Sequence record: NZ_CP092205.1 | Length of the DNA: 64,000 nucleotides | DNA from: a plasmid | Strand: one strand, 5' to 3' | Shown here: positions 1-17,284 of the stretch, piece by piece | How positions within the stretch are numbered: the stretch's first letter is position 1 | Layout: each line of letters starts with the position of its first letter | Program-made: the position numbers and the translations under genes | The notes under the pieces: model-generated | Told to the model about the DNA's origin: nothing | Seen by the model: the letters and a program-made list of their open reading frames with translations, nothing else | Databases searched by the model: none

Positions 1-54
1 CACCCAACTAACCACACCTTCCGCTAATTTCAAAAATCTGTTAAAATCCTTTTA

Positions 55-342
55 ATGAAAAAACCGAATATCGATTGGCAAAAAGAGTTTGAAGATTTTT
101 CCAAAAGCGGACTTTCCCAGCCTCAGTATTGTAAAGAAAAAGGGATTAAATATACGACGTTTCGTTACCATTGGGAGAGACGATTAAAAAAACAGGACAA
201 AGACGGCTTTGTAGAAGTGCCTCACTCAGCATTAAACGTTAGCTCTGCTTCAGGGTCTGAATTTTTGACTCTAAAAATAGATTCGTCAGGTAAGGCGCAT
301 CTTCAAATGAATCTTCAGTTTAGTCTTGGTATATGGAGCTAA
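55..342 (+). CDS. tnpA: IS66-family accessory protein TnpA (HTH)
   Basis: 95 aa. It has the 4-nt overlap with the next ORF that is typical of IS66 orf1/orf2 coupling, and the K/R-rich HTH-like sequence 'QYCKEKGIKYTTFRYHWERRLKK'. Confidence 0.7.
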   Translation: MKKPNIDWQKEFEDFSKSGLSQPQYCKEKGIKYTTFRYHWERRLKKQDKDGFVEVPHSALNVSSASGSEFLTLKIDSSGKAHLQMNLQFSLGIWS

Positions 343-680
343 ACCCGGGTAGCAGAAAAGTGTATTTGAGACCTGGGGTCACAGATTTAAGGAAGTCAAT
401 CAATACACTTGCGATCATCGTAGAGGGCAGAATGAAGAAGGACCCATATTCAGAGAGCCTATTTTTATTCTGCAATCGTAAGAAGGACAAACTGAAAATG
501 CTTTATTGGGACAAGAGTGGATTTTGTCTTTGGCAGAAGAGATTGGAAGAAAGCAAATTTCCGTGGCCGAACACGGAGGAAGAAGTTCAAAAGATTCCCG
601 TGGAAAGATTTCATTGGCTATTGAACGGAATTGATTTTTTCAAGGAACACAAGAAACTAAAATATCAGAAAGTAAGCTGA
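333..680 (+). CDS. tnpB: IS66 Orf2 (TnpB) accessory protein
   Basis: 115 aa. 'RPGVTDLRKSINTLAIIVEGRMKKDPYSESLFLFCNRKKDKLKMLYWDKSGFCLWQKRLE' is the conserved IS66 Orf2 signature block. Confidence 0.85.
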   Translation: MELNPGSRKVYLRPGVTDLRKSINTLAIIVEGRMKKDPYSESLFLFCNRKKDKLKMLYWDKSGFCLWQKRLEESKFPWPNTEEEVQKIPVERFHWLLNGIDFFKEHKKLKYQKVS

Positions 681-722
681 AACGATTGACTAAAACTTTG
701 TGTTGATTACAACTTCATCATC

Positions 723-2384
<1,662 letters not shown>

Positions 2385-3251
2385 TCGCTTACCTTTATAA
2401 CCTCCGGTTACTAAAACATTTCCATTAGATAAAAGATTCGCCACATGCAAAGTTCGAGAAACACTTAAACTTCCTGATGAGGAAAATGTCAACGTGGTCG
2501 GATCAAAAAGCTCAGAAGTAGCGACAGTAGCTTGGCCATTATCCAATCCGCCAATGATTAAAATTTTACCATTGTTTAATTTGGTAGAAGTATGAAGGCA
2601 ACGATTGAAATTTAAATTACCAGCAGGAGCAATTGTAAGGTTAGTAGGATCAAATAGTTCTACACTTCTTAAAATAGAATCTGCCTTTCCTCCTGCAATA
2701 AGCACTCTACCATCATTCAAAAGATCTAAACTAAAATCTGAACGGCCTTGATTTAAATTTGGCCCACTAATTATAGAATTTGTTAAAGGATCGTAAATTT
2801 CAGTTTGAATTAAAGGAGGAGCAGCATTCGACGCCGCGCTTAACGGACTAGGATTACCGCCAACGATAAAGACTCTTCCATCCAATAGACGAATAGATTT
2901 AAAATTTGAACGCGCAAACCTCATGCTATTTACTTGAAATATAGTATTTTGAATAGGATCAAATTGAAAGATATCATTATATACTTTGAAACCATTTTGA
3001 CCGCCTATTATCAAAATATTATTCCCGATCGGGACAGAAACATGGCCATATCTACCATATTTCTGCGCATTAATTAACAAAAGAGCAAGTAAACCTAATT
3101 TTTTAGTATCATCGTCATCTGATGGATTACATTGCAAAAAAAGAAATGCCCCAATCAGAAATTTAACAAATAAGTATTTCATACAACTACCGCGTTTTTA
3201 TTTATAATTTATTATATCAATATTCAATTTTTTGAAAATTTTAAGACCTAT

Positions 3252-3989
3252 CTAATTCGGTGGTTCAACAGACTTGTTGTCCTCATCTAAGATCAGTCCA
3301 GAGCTGCTTTCATTTTCAGAAGGCGGCGGAATTGTTGGAGTCGCAGGTTCATCCGGAGCTGGCAATGGGCATGCTGGGGAAGGATAAACAATACATTCTC
3401 CGCACTGAATAACCCCTTGAACCATTTGACAAGTCGGGTTATCGTTTTTTGGTTTATTATTATCATTCGTGGTTCCATTTCCCCCACTTTTTAAATACGG
3501 ATTTGAAAAATAAATGATTTCCATAATATGGCTTCGCAGACTTCTTCTTTTTTCTCTACTTTTCAGTGCTTGGCCATTTTGATTATTACGAGTTGTTCTT
3601 TGTGTCCATTTTAGAATGCCCTTATAAGCGTTTTCTAAACCTTTCGTTATATCTTTCGCATTAACTTTCTTTCCTATATAGCTACGATGAAAATCTTTTC
3701 CAATACTTTTTGTACTAGGTCTATTTCCATTATGAAAATCCTTCCCGATCGCATGACCAACAATCCGATTCACCATGTGCATCAAACCGGCAACGCTTAC
3801 ATGACCGCTCGGATCTCGATAACTCACCGGATTTCCAGCTCCGTCCGTGATCATCGTAATTGAGCCCAAATGATCCGGATGATAGAAATACATTCCGGTT
3901 ACCGACATTCCTCCCACACTTCCACCGCCTGTCATTCCTACTCCCGGGTTTTGAATACTAGAAACTCCAGGCGCAACATTCGCTCCCAT
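3252..3989 (-). CDS. orphan RHS C-terminal toxin cassette (rhs-CT1)
   Basis: The N-terminus 'MGANVAPGVSSIQNPGVGMTGGGSVGGMSVTGMYFYHPDHLGSITMITDGAGNP' is near-identical to residues of the main RHS ORF (7073-11446). Nucleotide homology continues upstream to ~4030 ('KEGDPPW'). It has a 'PVSYRDPSGHVSVAGLMHMVNR' core-end motif followed by a unique basic C-terminal domain. Confidence 0.75.
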   Translation of the reverse strand: MGANVAPGVSSIQNPGVGMTGGGSVGGMSVTGMYFYHPDHLGSITMITDGAGNPVSYRDPSGHVSVAGLMHMVNRIVGHAIGKDFHNGNRPSTKSIGKDFHRSYIGKKVNAKDITKGLENAYKGILKWTQRTTRNNQNGQALKSREKRRSLRSHIMEIIYFSNPYLKSGGNGTTNDNNKPKNDNPTCQMVQGVIQCGECIVYPSPACPLPAPDEPATPTIPPPSENESSSGLILDEDNKSVEPPN

Positions 3990-4059
3990 TGCAAGGAGCC
4001 AAGGAGGATCTCCTTCTTTATCGCCATTTCACCATCCACTAATTTAATTCTTACGAGAC

Positions 4060-4629
4060 TCAACTGAAACAAATATTAGTTAAAAAAATATTAACCGCTA
4101 ATCCTATAACTTCGTTTTGTTTTTTTTCGACGTTTGAAAAAGGATACAATATTCCACCCCATAGAGAATAGTATGCACTCCATGGAATTTTGATATCCAA
4201 GGCATGTATTTTCTGATTTTGCTTTGAATCAAATACAGCCATAGATATGTTGGAAATTCGATTAGAATGAATTGGAAATATTCCCGCTGAGAGTGTCCCA
4301 ACTATATTAAAAAAATTAAATGGTATGCTTGCCTCTTCCGAATATATCATCTTATATTTAAGATTATTTAATTTCTTATTTGAAGATAGTTTAGTTTCTA
4401 TATATGTTACCATCGTATCCCTATTTATATTATCAAAAAATCTAAATCTATCTTTTCTATTTTCATTTATTTTTTGATCTGGAAATTCCAATTTAATTTC
4501 TGAAAAAGACATACAGGAATTCGTGATATTTGAATTAACCAGATGATCATAATTCTTAATTCTTCCTGTAAATACGCAGCCATGGAAAATGAAAATTGAA
4601 ATGATTAACGTGCTAACTTTGTGAGTCAT
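4060..4629 (-). CDS. hypothetical secreted/membrane protein; candidate immunity protein for rhs-CT2
   Basis: 189 aa with an N-terminal hydrophobic signal/TM segment. Its start codon abuts the stop of the upstream orphan toxin ORF (4630). No recognisable family. Confidence 0.4.
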   Translation of the reverse strand: MTHKVSTLIISIFIFHGCVFTGRIKNYDHLVNSNITNSCMSFSEIKLEFPDQKINENRKDRFRFFDNINRDTMVTYIETKLSSNKKLNNLKYKMIYSEEASIPFNFFNIVGTLSAGIFPIHSNRISNISMAVFDSKQNQKIHALDIKIPWSAYYSLWGGILYPFSNVEKKQNEVIGLAVNIFLTNICFS

Positions 4630-5379
4630 CTAAAACATTCCTCCCGAAGACATTCCAATTCCAAAAGCCCCACCACCCGTGCCTGTTGTAGTTCCAACTA
4701 CGCAGTTATAGGTCATTTGATAAGTTGTTATTGGATCATTAGTTGATAATGAACCTAAGTTCTTTTGAAAATGATTATTCATAAAAACATATGCACACGC
4801 TTGTGAATTAGGAATATGTCGACGGGAATTAGAATAATCTATTAGATCTTCTGCATCTCTCCCAATTTTAGCCAACTGATAAGCGATAATGTATGGGTTT
4901 TTGACAATTATTATAGTTACAATGCCTGCGACTGCGTCGCTTAAATCAATTGCCCATTTAACCATTTTCCGTTTAGAATCAAGCTTCTCTTGATCCATGG
5001 CATTTCCCCACAGATAACCATCATACATACCGTCCATAGTTCCCGTTGTTAGATATCCTAAAATAGCTCCCTTAGTTGAGCTTTTCATTCCTCTAAGTTT
5101 CGTTGGATTATGAAAGAACGTTCCATTATGGAAAAAACGATTTCCGCCAGTCGAAATTCCATTTGCACTCAATCTTTTGTCCATGTCCTTCGAATCAAAA
5201 TCCTTCCCGATCACATGACCGATCATCCGATTCACCATGTGCATCAAACCGGCACCGCTAACATGACCACTCGGATCACGATAACTTACTGGATTCCCAT
5301 CCATATACATATAACGATTCATACCATTCACATTAGTCGGCACAACAACAGAATCCGCTTGCAAGAACCTTCCTAACAT
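4630..5379 (-). CDS. orphan RHS C-terminal toxin cassette (rhs-CT2)
   Basis: Starts within the RHS core 'MLGRFLQADS…', matching '…EPMLGRFLQADS' of the main RHS. Homology ('LYYYKSRYCEP') extends to ~5440 beyond an in-frame stop. It shares the 'PVSYRDPSGHVSGAGLMHMVNRMIGHVIGKDF' core end with CT1, then has a unique ~190-aa C-terminal domain with a Gly-rich tail. Confidence 0.75.
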   Translation of the reverse strand: MLGRFLQADSVVVPTNVNGMNRYMYMDGNPVSYRDPSGHVSGAGLMHMVNRMIGHVIGKDFDSKDMDKRLSANGISTGGNRFFHNGTFFHNPTKLRGMKSSTKGAILGYLTTGTMDGMYDGYLWGNAMDQEKLDSKRKMVKWAIDLSDAVAGIVTIIIVKNPYIIAYQLAKIGRDAEDLIDYSNSRRHIPNSQACAYVFMNNHFQKNLGSLSTNDPITTYQMTYNCVVGTTTGTGGGAFGIGMSSGGMF

Positions 5380-5717
5380 TGGCTCGCAATACCTCGATTT
5401 GTAATAATATAAACCGGACTCTTTCTGTTATTGTAATTTTTGCGAGGCTCAGGTAAATTATTGCTTTCAACCGGCAAAGACTCACACCATACTTCTCTAG
5501 GTGCATTCCTATAGAAACTCGCAAAAACCATACGATCTTTCCCGCAAGACTTAAATAAATCCACATCATCAACAAAAAAGGATGATCTCGCCTTACGTGG
5601 CACTTTTACCTTTTTTACTTTACTCTCATCAAAATTGTCGACAAGCCGTACGCTATAAGTTCTACAAGATAGCCCAAGTAATATTAACGCCAATAAATAC
5701 AATTTAATGCACTTCAT
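5373..5717 (-). CDS. small lipoprotein, hypothetical. The probable true start is Met44 of the 157-aa track ORF.
   Basis: 'MKCIKLYLLALILLGLSC' is a signal peptide plus lipobox. It lies between orphan RHS cassettes and may be an immunity or leftover gene. Confidence 0.35.
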   Translation of the reverse strand: MKCIKLYLLALILLGLSCRTYSVRLVDNFDESKVKKVKVPRKARSSFFVDDVDLFKSCGKDRMVFASFYRNAPREVWCESLPVESNNLPEPRKNYNNRKSPVYIITNRGIASQC

Positions 5718-6021
5718 TTTCGGCTTCCTCACATTCAATTCCAACTGTGTGTGGACAAAAAAGCAATAATGTGCTTCCACAGATAATTCCATTAAAAAAA
5801 CTATCGTGCATATTGATAACTCGTATATTACTACTTGGGCAAACATTCGCTCTATTAAGACTGTTATCTAAAGATACCCAACCTGCTAAAAAGAACGCTT
5901 TAAAATAGATTGTTTCAGATTTTCTTGGCTTTTTACTGTCCAAAACTATATATCGATGATTCACACAAGAAATGCTTAATAAGCCTGTGGCAATTGATAA
6001 CACTGCAATAATTTTTTTCAT
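5704..6021 (-). CDS. small lipoprotein, hypothetical
   Basis: 'MKKIIAVLSIATGLLSISC' is a signal peptide plus lipobox. 105 aa, overlapping the next lipoprotein ORF by 14 nt. Confidence 0.4.
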   Translation of the reverse strand: MKKIIAVLSIATGLLSISCVNHRYIVLDSKKPRKSETIYFKAFFLAGWVSLDNSLNRANVCPSSNIRVINMHDSFFNGIICGSTLLLFCPHTVGIECEEAENEVH

Positions 6022-6158
6022 TTTTCCTCTTACTATAGTTATTAATCCATCGCGCTTGACGAAAGTGCCTCTTCGAGGTTACGTCTCTGAAGCACCTGTG
6101 GCAAGGAATTTAATCTATACGCCTTTTAATTTATCTATATTGCCGGAGGCGTAGCCTA

Positions 6159-6241
6159 CTGATTCCTATAAAATAGAGTAACCGTTAATTTGAGCACAAA
6201 TCCGCGTTTAGACGCAGAATTTTGGACACTCTATTATGTAG
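6159..6241. repeat. ~83-bp repeat element, copy 1. An inverted copy lies at 54748-54824.
   Basis: CTACATAATAGAGTGTCCAAAATTCTGCGTCTAAACGCGGATTTGTGCTCAAATTAACGG… (minus-strand read) matches the plus-strand sequence at 54748-54824 at roughly 85% identity, with one ~8-bp indel. Confidence 0.7.
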
Positions 6242-6351
6242 TAATTAGTAATTTCTATATTTTAGCTATTTTACGAATGCTTAGACTTATCACACTATGC
6301 TTTCCCGTAATTGAAATAAGTGATCGTCCCTGAAAAAATAAGATTATAAAT

Positions 6352-6552
6352 TTAAAAGTTGCGAAAAAAGGAAAATTGATCGAGAAACAAAAAGAAAGCT
6401 CGGAATGGCTTATTGAAATTACACCCTGAAGCAACTAAGATTGCATTGATACGATCTTCTTCTTTGCTTTTGAGAAAATTACGAATCATATTGTGATCGT
6501 ATTTGAAATGAGAAATGATTGACTCAATGGCAGATCTTTTGTTCATCCACAT
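6352..6552 (-). pseudogene. transposase C-terminal fragment (IS4/IS5/IS1380-type DDE transposase tail)
   Basis: 66-aa ORF. 'AIESIISHFKYDHNMIRNFLKSKEEDRINAILVASGCNFNK' fits the conserved C-terminal '…ERxISxLK…GLxRxxxRG…NLxK' tail of IS4/IS5/IS1380-type transposases. No upstream catalytic part is present. Confidence 0.45.
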
Positions 6553-6559
6553 CCTTTGT

Positions 6560-6591
<32 letters not shown>

Positions 6592-6730
6592 TTGGATTTT
6601 CTACTTTTCGCTCTATGTCTCGTTTTACGCAACCCAAATACGTTTTTAACCGTTTCGTCTCCTTGTTGGCCCGTTTACTTTGTCTTGCATAAAGGCAACA
6701 TAATTTAAAAGTGATTCTTTAAAAGAAAAT

Positions 6731-7000
6731 TTAAAATGGATGACTTGTATCACAATCATTCACACAGGTTTGCTTTGCATCAACGCAAAACAAAGGATTA
6801 TAGAATATGGAAAGAATTGGATTTTGACTTGTGCTTGTCTGCGGATTACTGTCCAACAAAGTCTTAAGCAATTCTGCACCCATCAAGCAATCCATGACAG
6901 CAGTGTTGCATGAATTATCCAGGTAGCATTTGTGCCTTGGTGAAATGTATTCACTGCAACTAATTCCAAATAACAAACTCAAAATTAGAATTCTCTTCAT
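6731..7000 (-). CDS. Cys-rich small lipoprotein; candidate immunity protein for the main RHS toxin
   Basis: 89 aa with an 'LSLLFGISC' lipobox and 8 Cys. It sits 72 bp downstream of the RHS stop on the same strand, the canonical immunity position. Confidence 0.4.
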   Translation of the reverse strand: MKRILILSLLFGISCSEYISPRHKCYLDNSCNTAVMDCLMGAELLKTLLDSNPQTSTSQNPILSIFYNPLFCVDAKQTCVNDCDTSHPF

Positions 7001-7072
7001 TACTCTCTCGGCTCCCTATATATACTTTTGAAAAAGATATATTAAAAATTTAAATTTTTCCAGAAACAATAA

Positions 7073-11446
<4,374 letters not shown>

Positions 11447-11467
11447 TACTAAGAACCGGTCTCAAAA

Positions 11468-11974
11468 CTACCTATTAAAAAAGTTAAAAACAATGATTGA
11501 GCTTGCAAGATAAAGAGAAGCCAGATAGTTTTCTGCTTTTCTTTCCCAGCGAATCAAAATAGCTCTGAATCGATTATGCCAACTATTTGTTCTTTCAACG
11601 ACCCAACGTCTAGGTTTTCCTTTGTATTTACCAATGAGAGGTTTTTCACCTTTTTTCCGAATATGAGGTCGAATGTTTCTTCTTTTGATTAATGCTTCTA
11701 TATCTTTGAAGTCATAACCTTTATCTAAACAAAGGTGTTTTGGTTTTTTTCTTTTTCTTCCGGAAAAAACCAAGATGGAATTCAATGTATCTTTTACATT
11801 GCGTTTATCATGAACGTTCGCTCCACTCAACGTAATTGCCAATGGAATTCCGTTTCCATCCGTAAGAATATGCCGTTTAACTCCCAATTTGGCACGGTCT
11901 GTAGGATTTTTCCCGGTTAAACTCCCCCTTTGGGAGCCTTGACCATTGCGGAATCCATCGAAGCCCAATCCCAA
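11468..11974 (-). CDS. IS5-family transposase OrfB (DDE catalytic part, expressed by frameshift fusion)
   Basis: 'LCLDKGYDFKDIEALIKRRNIRPHIRKKG…RWVVERTNSWHNRFRAILIRWERKAENYLA' is the DDE_Tnp_1 C-terminal block. It overlaps OrfA by 58 nt in the -1 frame, and the overlap contains the run CCCAAAGGGGGAG. Confidence 0.8.
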   Translation of the reverse strand: MGLGFDGFRNGQGSQRGSLTGKNPTDRAKLGVKRHILTDGNGIPLAITLSGANVHDKRNVKDTLNSILVFSGRKRKKPKHLCLDKGYDFKDIEALIKRRNIRPHIRKKGEKPLIGKYKGKPRRWVVERTNSWHNRFRAILIRWERKAENYLASLYLASSIIVFNFFNR

Positions 11975-12264
11975 GCTATCTTATTCTTCACATCATAATA
12001 TTTTAAAATAGATTTATAAATCTTTTTGAATACTCCCGCTCGTTCCCATTCTTGAAATCTTCTGTGACAAGTTTGACCCGATCCAAAGTCATTCGGAATT
12101 GCACGCCACTGACAGCCTGTTTTCATTCGATAGATGATACCTGCCATTACGACTCTTGTTGGAACGCGATTGCGACCACCTTTCGGCTTTGACTTCTCTT
12201 TTGGGATCAAAGGGGCTATTTGTTTCCAAAGTCCCTCGGGAATCTCTGAATAATATTTGTCCAT
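11917..12264 (-). CDS. IS5-family transposase OrfA (N-terminal DNA-binding part)
   Basis: The 'MKTGCQWRAIPNDFG…CHRRFQEW' motif is typical of IS5-family (IS427/IS1031 group) N-terminal domains. Confidence 0.8.
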   Translation of the reverse strand: MDKYYSEIPEGLWKQIAPLIPKEKSKPKGGRNRVPTRVVMAGIIYRMKTGCQWRAIPNDFGSGQTCHRRFQEWERAGVFKKIYKSILKYYDVKNKIAWDWASMDSAMVKAPKGGV

Positions 12265-12287
12265 TTCACAATTATAGTATTACACTC

Positions 12288-14798
<2,511 letters not shown>

Positions 14799-15119
14799 TT
14801 AAAAAACCTCTAAAATCTTTGTTCGGCAAATTCTAGTTAGTTGCAGATTCCCTAATCTCTCTATACAAAACTCAAATAGAAGACTTCACGTTTTGTAACG
14901 TTTTTGCCACTTTTACTTGAACAAATGATTTCTAGGAAATACTTTTTCGTTTTTAAATCGCATTGATGAATGTTTTATATTTTTTAATTATAATATTCAC
15001 TTAATTATTATTATGAATTTCTGTTTAATTTTTTTATTTTATAAAATGATGATATTTCAAATTATAAACATTTGAAATACTAAGAATATTCTATTTACAA
15101 GAAAACGCATTTCATACTT

Positions 15120-16037
15120 TTGGATGTAATTTATGAATGGTTTTATCCAATGTTATTGAAAAGAAAATTATATATTCTAATTTTTACATGTCTTTTGCAC
15201 ATATCCCCCGCCCTATATTCTTCCGAACTCCTTCTCAAATCGGGGGAAGCTTTTTTAATCGAAGAGGTAAACGAAAACGCAGACGTAGTTAACGTTCGCT
15301 GGAAAGGAAGACAATTTAGAATCCCAAAATCCGAGATTCAAAGAATCGATTATTCTAAAAAAGGACCTGAATCTTCTTACAATTATTCCGAATTCCGGTT
15401 AACGGATGGGAGTTCTATTCGTGGGATTATTGTAGAAACTAAAAAAGACAAATTAGTCTTTCGAACCGAACTAGGATTTGTCGAAATAGAAAAATCTAAA
15501 ATTCAAAACCTAAATGCTAATTTCTTAGAGTCTGAAACGGAATCTCCCGAATTACCTGACAAATATCTCTCCGGAAGATCCGGTGAAAATCTACTCTATG
15601 TAGGCGGAAGTTTGCTAGTCCAAGCAAGTCACGGTAGTTGGCATCGGAACAATCCTGCAGTTGGCGGGGCTGGTTTGTTTATCGAAAAAAGTTTTCTCAA
15701 TCATCCTCTTTGGTTTTTCGGATTTCTTTCCGAGTATTCCGTCGCACCCAACACATTAAATTCTGTTACGCTTTGGAATCAATCCGCGTATTTCGGCAAA
15801 CAATTCGGCGCTTCTGCGCCCTACTTTCTTTTCGGCGGAGGCATAACTTCGGTTCAGTGGAAAGGAGATTCCAAATCGTACAACGGAACTGATCCGGAAC
15901 TTTTAGGAGAATTCGGTTGGGCTTGGGAATTTGGAAACGGCTCGAGGCTCAGGTTAGGACTCAGATCTCAATGTACGATCGAGTCGGGTGATTCTTTTTG
16001 CAGAACCGGCCTGGGTATGAACCGGGAACATAGGTAA
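15120..16037 (+). CDS. hypothetical exported protein. Its 3' end is clipped by the IS481-like insertion, and the probable true start is near 15150.
   Basis: Hydrophobic N-terminus 'MLLKRKLYILIFTCLL'. Gly/aromatic-rich C-terminal half. The stop codon lies inside the IS left IR (…GGGAACATAGGTAA). Confidence 0.4.
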   Translation: MDVIYEWFYPMLLKRKLYILIFTCLLHISPALYSSELLLKSGEAFLIEEVNENADVVNVRWKGRQFRIPKSEIQRIDYSKKGPESSYNYSEFRLTDGSSIRGIIVETKKDKLVFRTELGFVEIEKSKIQNLNANFLESETESPELPDKYLSGRSGENLLYVGGSLLVQASHGSWHRNNPAVGGAGLFIEKSFLNHPLWFFGFLSEYSVAPNTLNSVTLWNQSAYFGKQFGASAPYFLFGGGITSVQWKGDSKSYNGTDPELLGEFGWAWEFGNGSRLRLGLRSQCTIESGDSFCRTGLGMNREHR

Positions 16038-16046
16038 CAAAATAGA

Positions 16047-17284
16047 CCAGGAACATAGGTAACACTAAAATTAATGCAAAGGAGGGTTAATCCTTTGCCA
16101 TGGAAAGAGGTGTCACCGATGGACGAGAAAGTAAAATTCATTGCGGCAGTCTGCGACGGAAGTGTTTCAATCACTTCGTTGTGCGAGACGTTTGGAATCA
16201 GTAGAAAGACCGGTTACAAATGGTTGAATCGATATCGACAAGAAGGTCCAAACGGACTTTTAGACAGAAGCAAATCTCCTCATACGAATCCCAATCGAGT
16301 TAGTTTTGCGGAAGAGAGATTCATCCTTGCACTTCGTAAACGACATCCGACTTGGGGACCGAAGAAGCTGCTTGTCATATTAGAAAAGGAGAATCCTGAA
16401 ATCACTTGGCCTTCAGCAAGCACGATCGGCAATATTCTTCAGAAAAGAGGTTTGGTAAAATCTCGAAAGAAGAAGCGAGAGATGATTGCTCGCTCCTTCC
16501 CGTTTCGAGGTTACGATCATCCGAATGCGGTTTGGTGCGCGGATTTCAAAGGAGATTTCAAACTCAAAGATGGAATTCGATGTTACCCTTTGACAATTTC
16601 GGACGGTTACAGTCGATTCTTACTTTGTTGTAAAGGTCTTTCAGGCACAAAAACCTACGATACCAAGAAAGAATTCGAAAGATGTTTTCGAGAATACGGA
16701 TTGCCGAATGCGATTCGAACGGACAATGGCGTCCCGTTTGCGGCGGGATTAGGAATGTCTCTGCTTTCCACTTGGTGGATTAAACTGGGAATTCTTCCTG
16801 AAAGAATTCGTCCCGGTAAACCTCAAGAGAACGGACGACACGAGAGAATGCATCGCACCTTAAAAGCGGAAGCAGTATATCCGATCCGTTCTTCTATGAA
16901 ACAACAACAGAAATCTTTTGATCGATTTAGAGCGGAATACAATTTTGAACGTCCGCATGAAGCATTGGGTCAAAAAACTCCTTCCCAGCTTTACAAACAT
17001 TCAACGAGAATATTTCCGAATCGTATTCCTGAAATACGTTATCCGGATCATTTTGAAATCCGGAAAGTGGATGATGGTTGCTTTTATTGGAAAAATCAAA
17101 GATACTTCATCACGAAGAGTTTAGCCGGGGAAAGAATCGGATTTGAGCCGGTCGAAGACGGCCTTTGGCGAATCTACTTCAGCTTTGTAACAATCGGATA
17201 TTTTGATGAACGAATTCGAAAAGTAACTAGGACTTTAAAAGTGTAACCCATGTCGTTGGTTTAAACTGTTACCTATGTCCCAGG
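16047..17284 (+). mobile_element. IS481-family-like insertion sequence (~1.24 kb) with an extra partial left-end copy at 16022-16046
   Basis: Terminal IRs CCAGGAACATAGGTAAC (16047-16063) and GTTACCTATGTCCCAGG (17268-17284). An additional copy, CCGGGAACATAGGTAAC, sits 25 bp upstream. The element carries a single 390-aa integrase-core transposase. Confidence 0.65.
16074..17246 (+). CDS. IS481-family DDE transposase (rve integrase core with N-terminal HTH)
   Basis: N-terminal HTH ('SITSLCETFGISRKTGYKWLNRYRQEG'). rve core 'HPNAVWCADFKG…LTISDGYSRF…IRTDNGVPF' followed by '…ENGRHERMHRTLK'. Confidence 0.75.
   Translation: MQRRVNPLPWKEVSPMDEKVKFIAAVCDGSVSITSLCETFGISRKTGYKWLNRYRQEGPNGLLDRSKSPHTNPNRVSFAEERFILALRKRHPTWGPKKLLVILEKENPEITWPSASTIGNILQKRGLVKSRKKKREMIARSFPFRGYDHPNAVWCADFKGDFKLKDGIRCYPLTISDGYSRFLLCCKGLSGTKTYDTKKEFERCFREYGLPNAIRTDNGVPFAAGLGMSLLSTWWIKLGILPERIRPGKPQENGRHERMHRTLKAEAVYPIRSSMKQQQKSFDRFRAEYNFERPHEALGQKTPSQLYKHSTRIFPNRIPEIRYPDHFEIRKVDDGCFYWKNQRYFITKSLAGERIGFEPVEDGLWRIYFSFVTIGYFDERIRKVTRTLKV

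Noticed and set aside
5110-5376. Plus-strand ORFs antisense to RHS genes (5110-5376, 7505-7696, 7754-7969, 7996-8274, 8362-8664, 9146-9625, 9902-10144, 10319-10555, 11194-11442). Several end in '…RIRLQEPS'.
   Set aside because: They are shadows of the conserved RHS core sequence on the opposite strand. 'RIRLQEPS' is the antisense of 'EPMLGRFLQADS'. They overlap strong coding regions entirely and have no independent signals.
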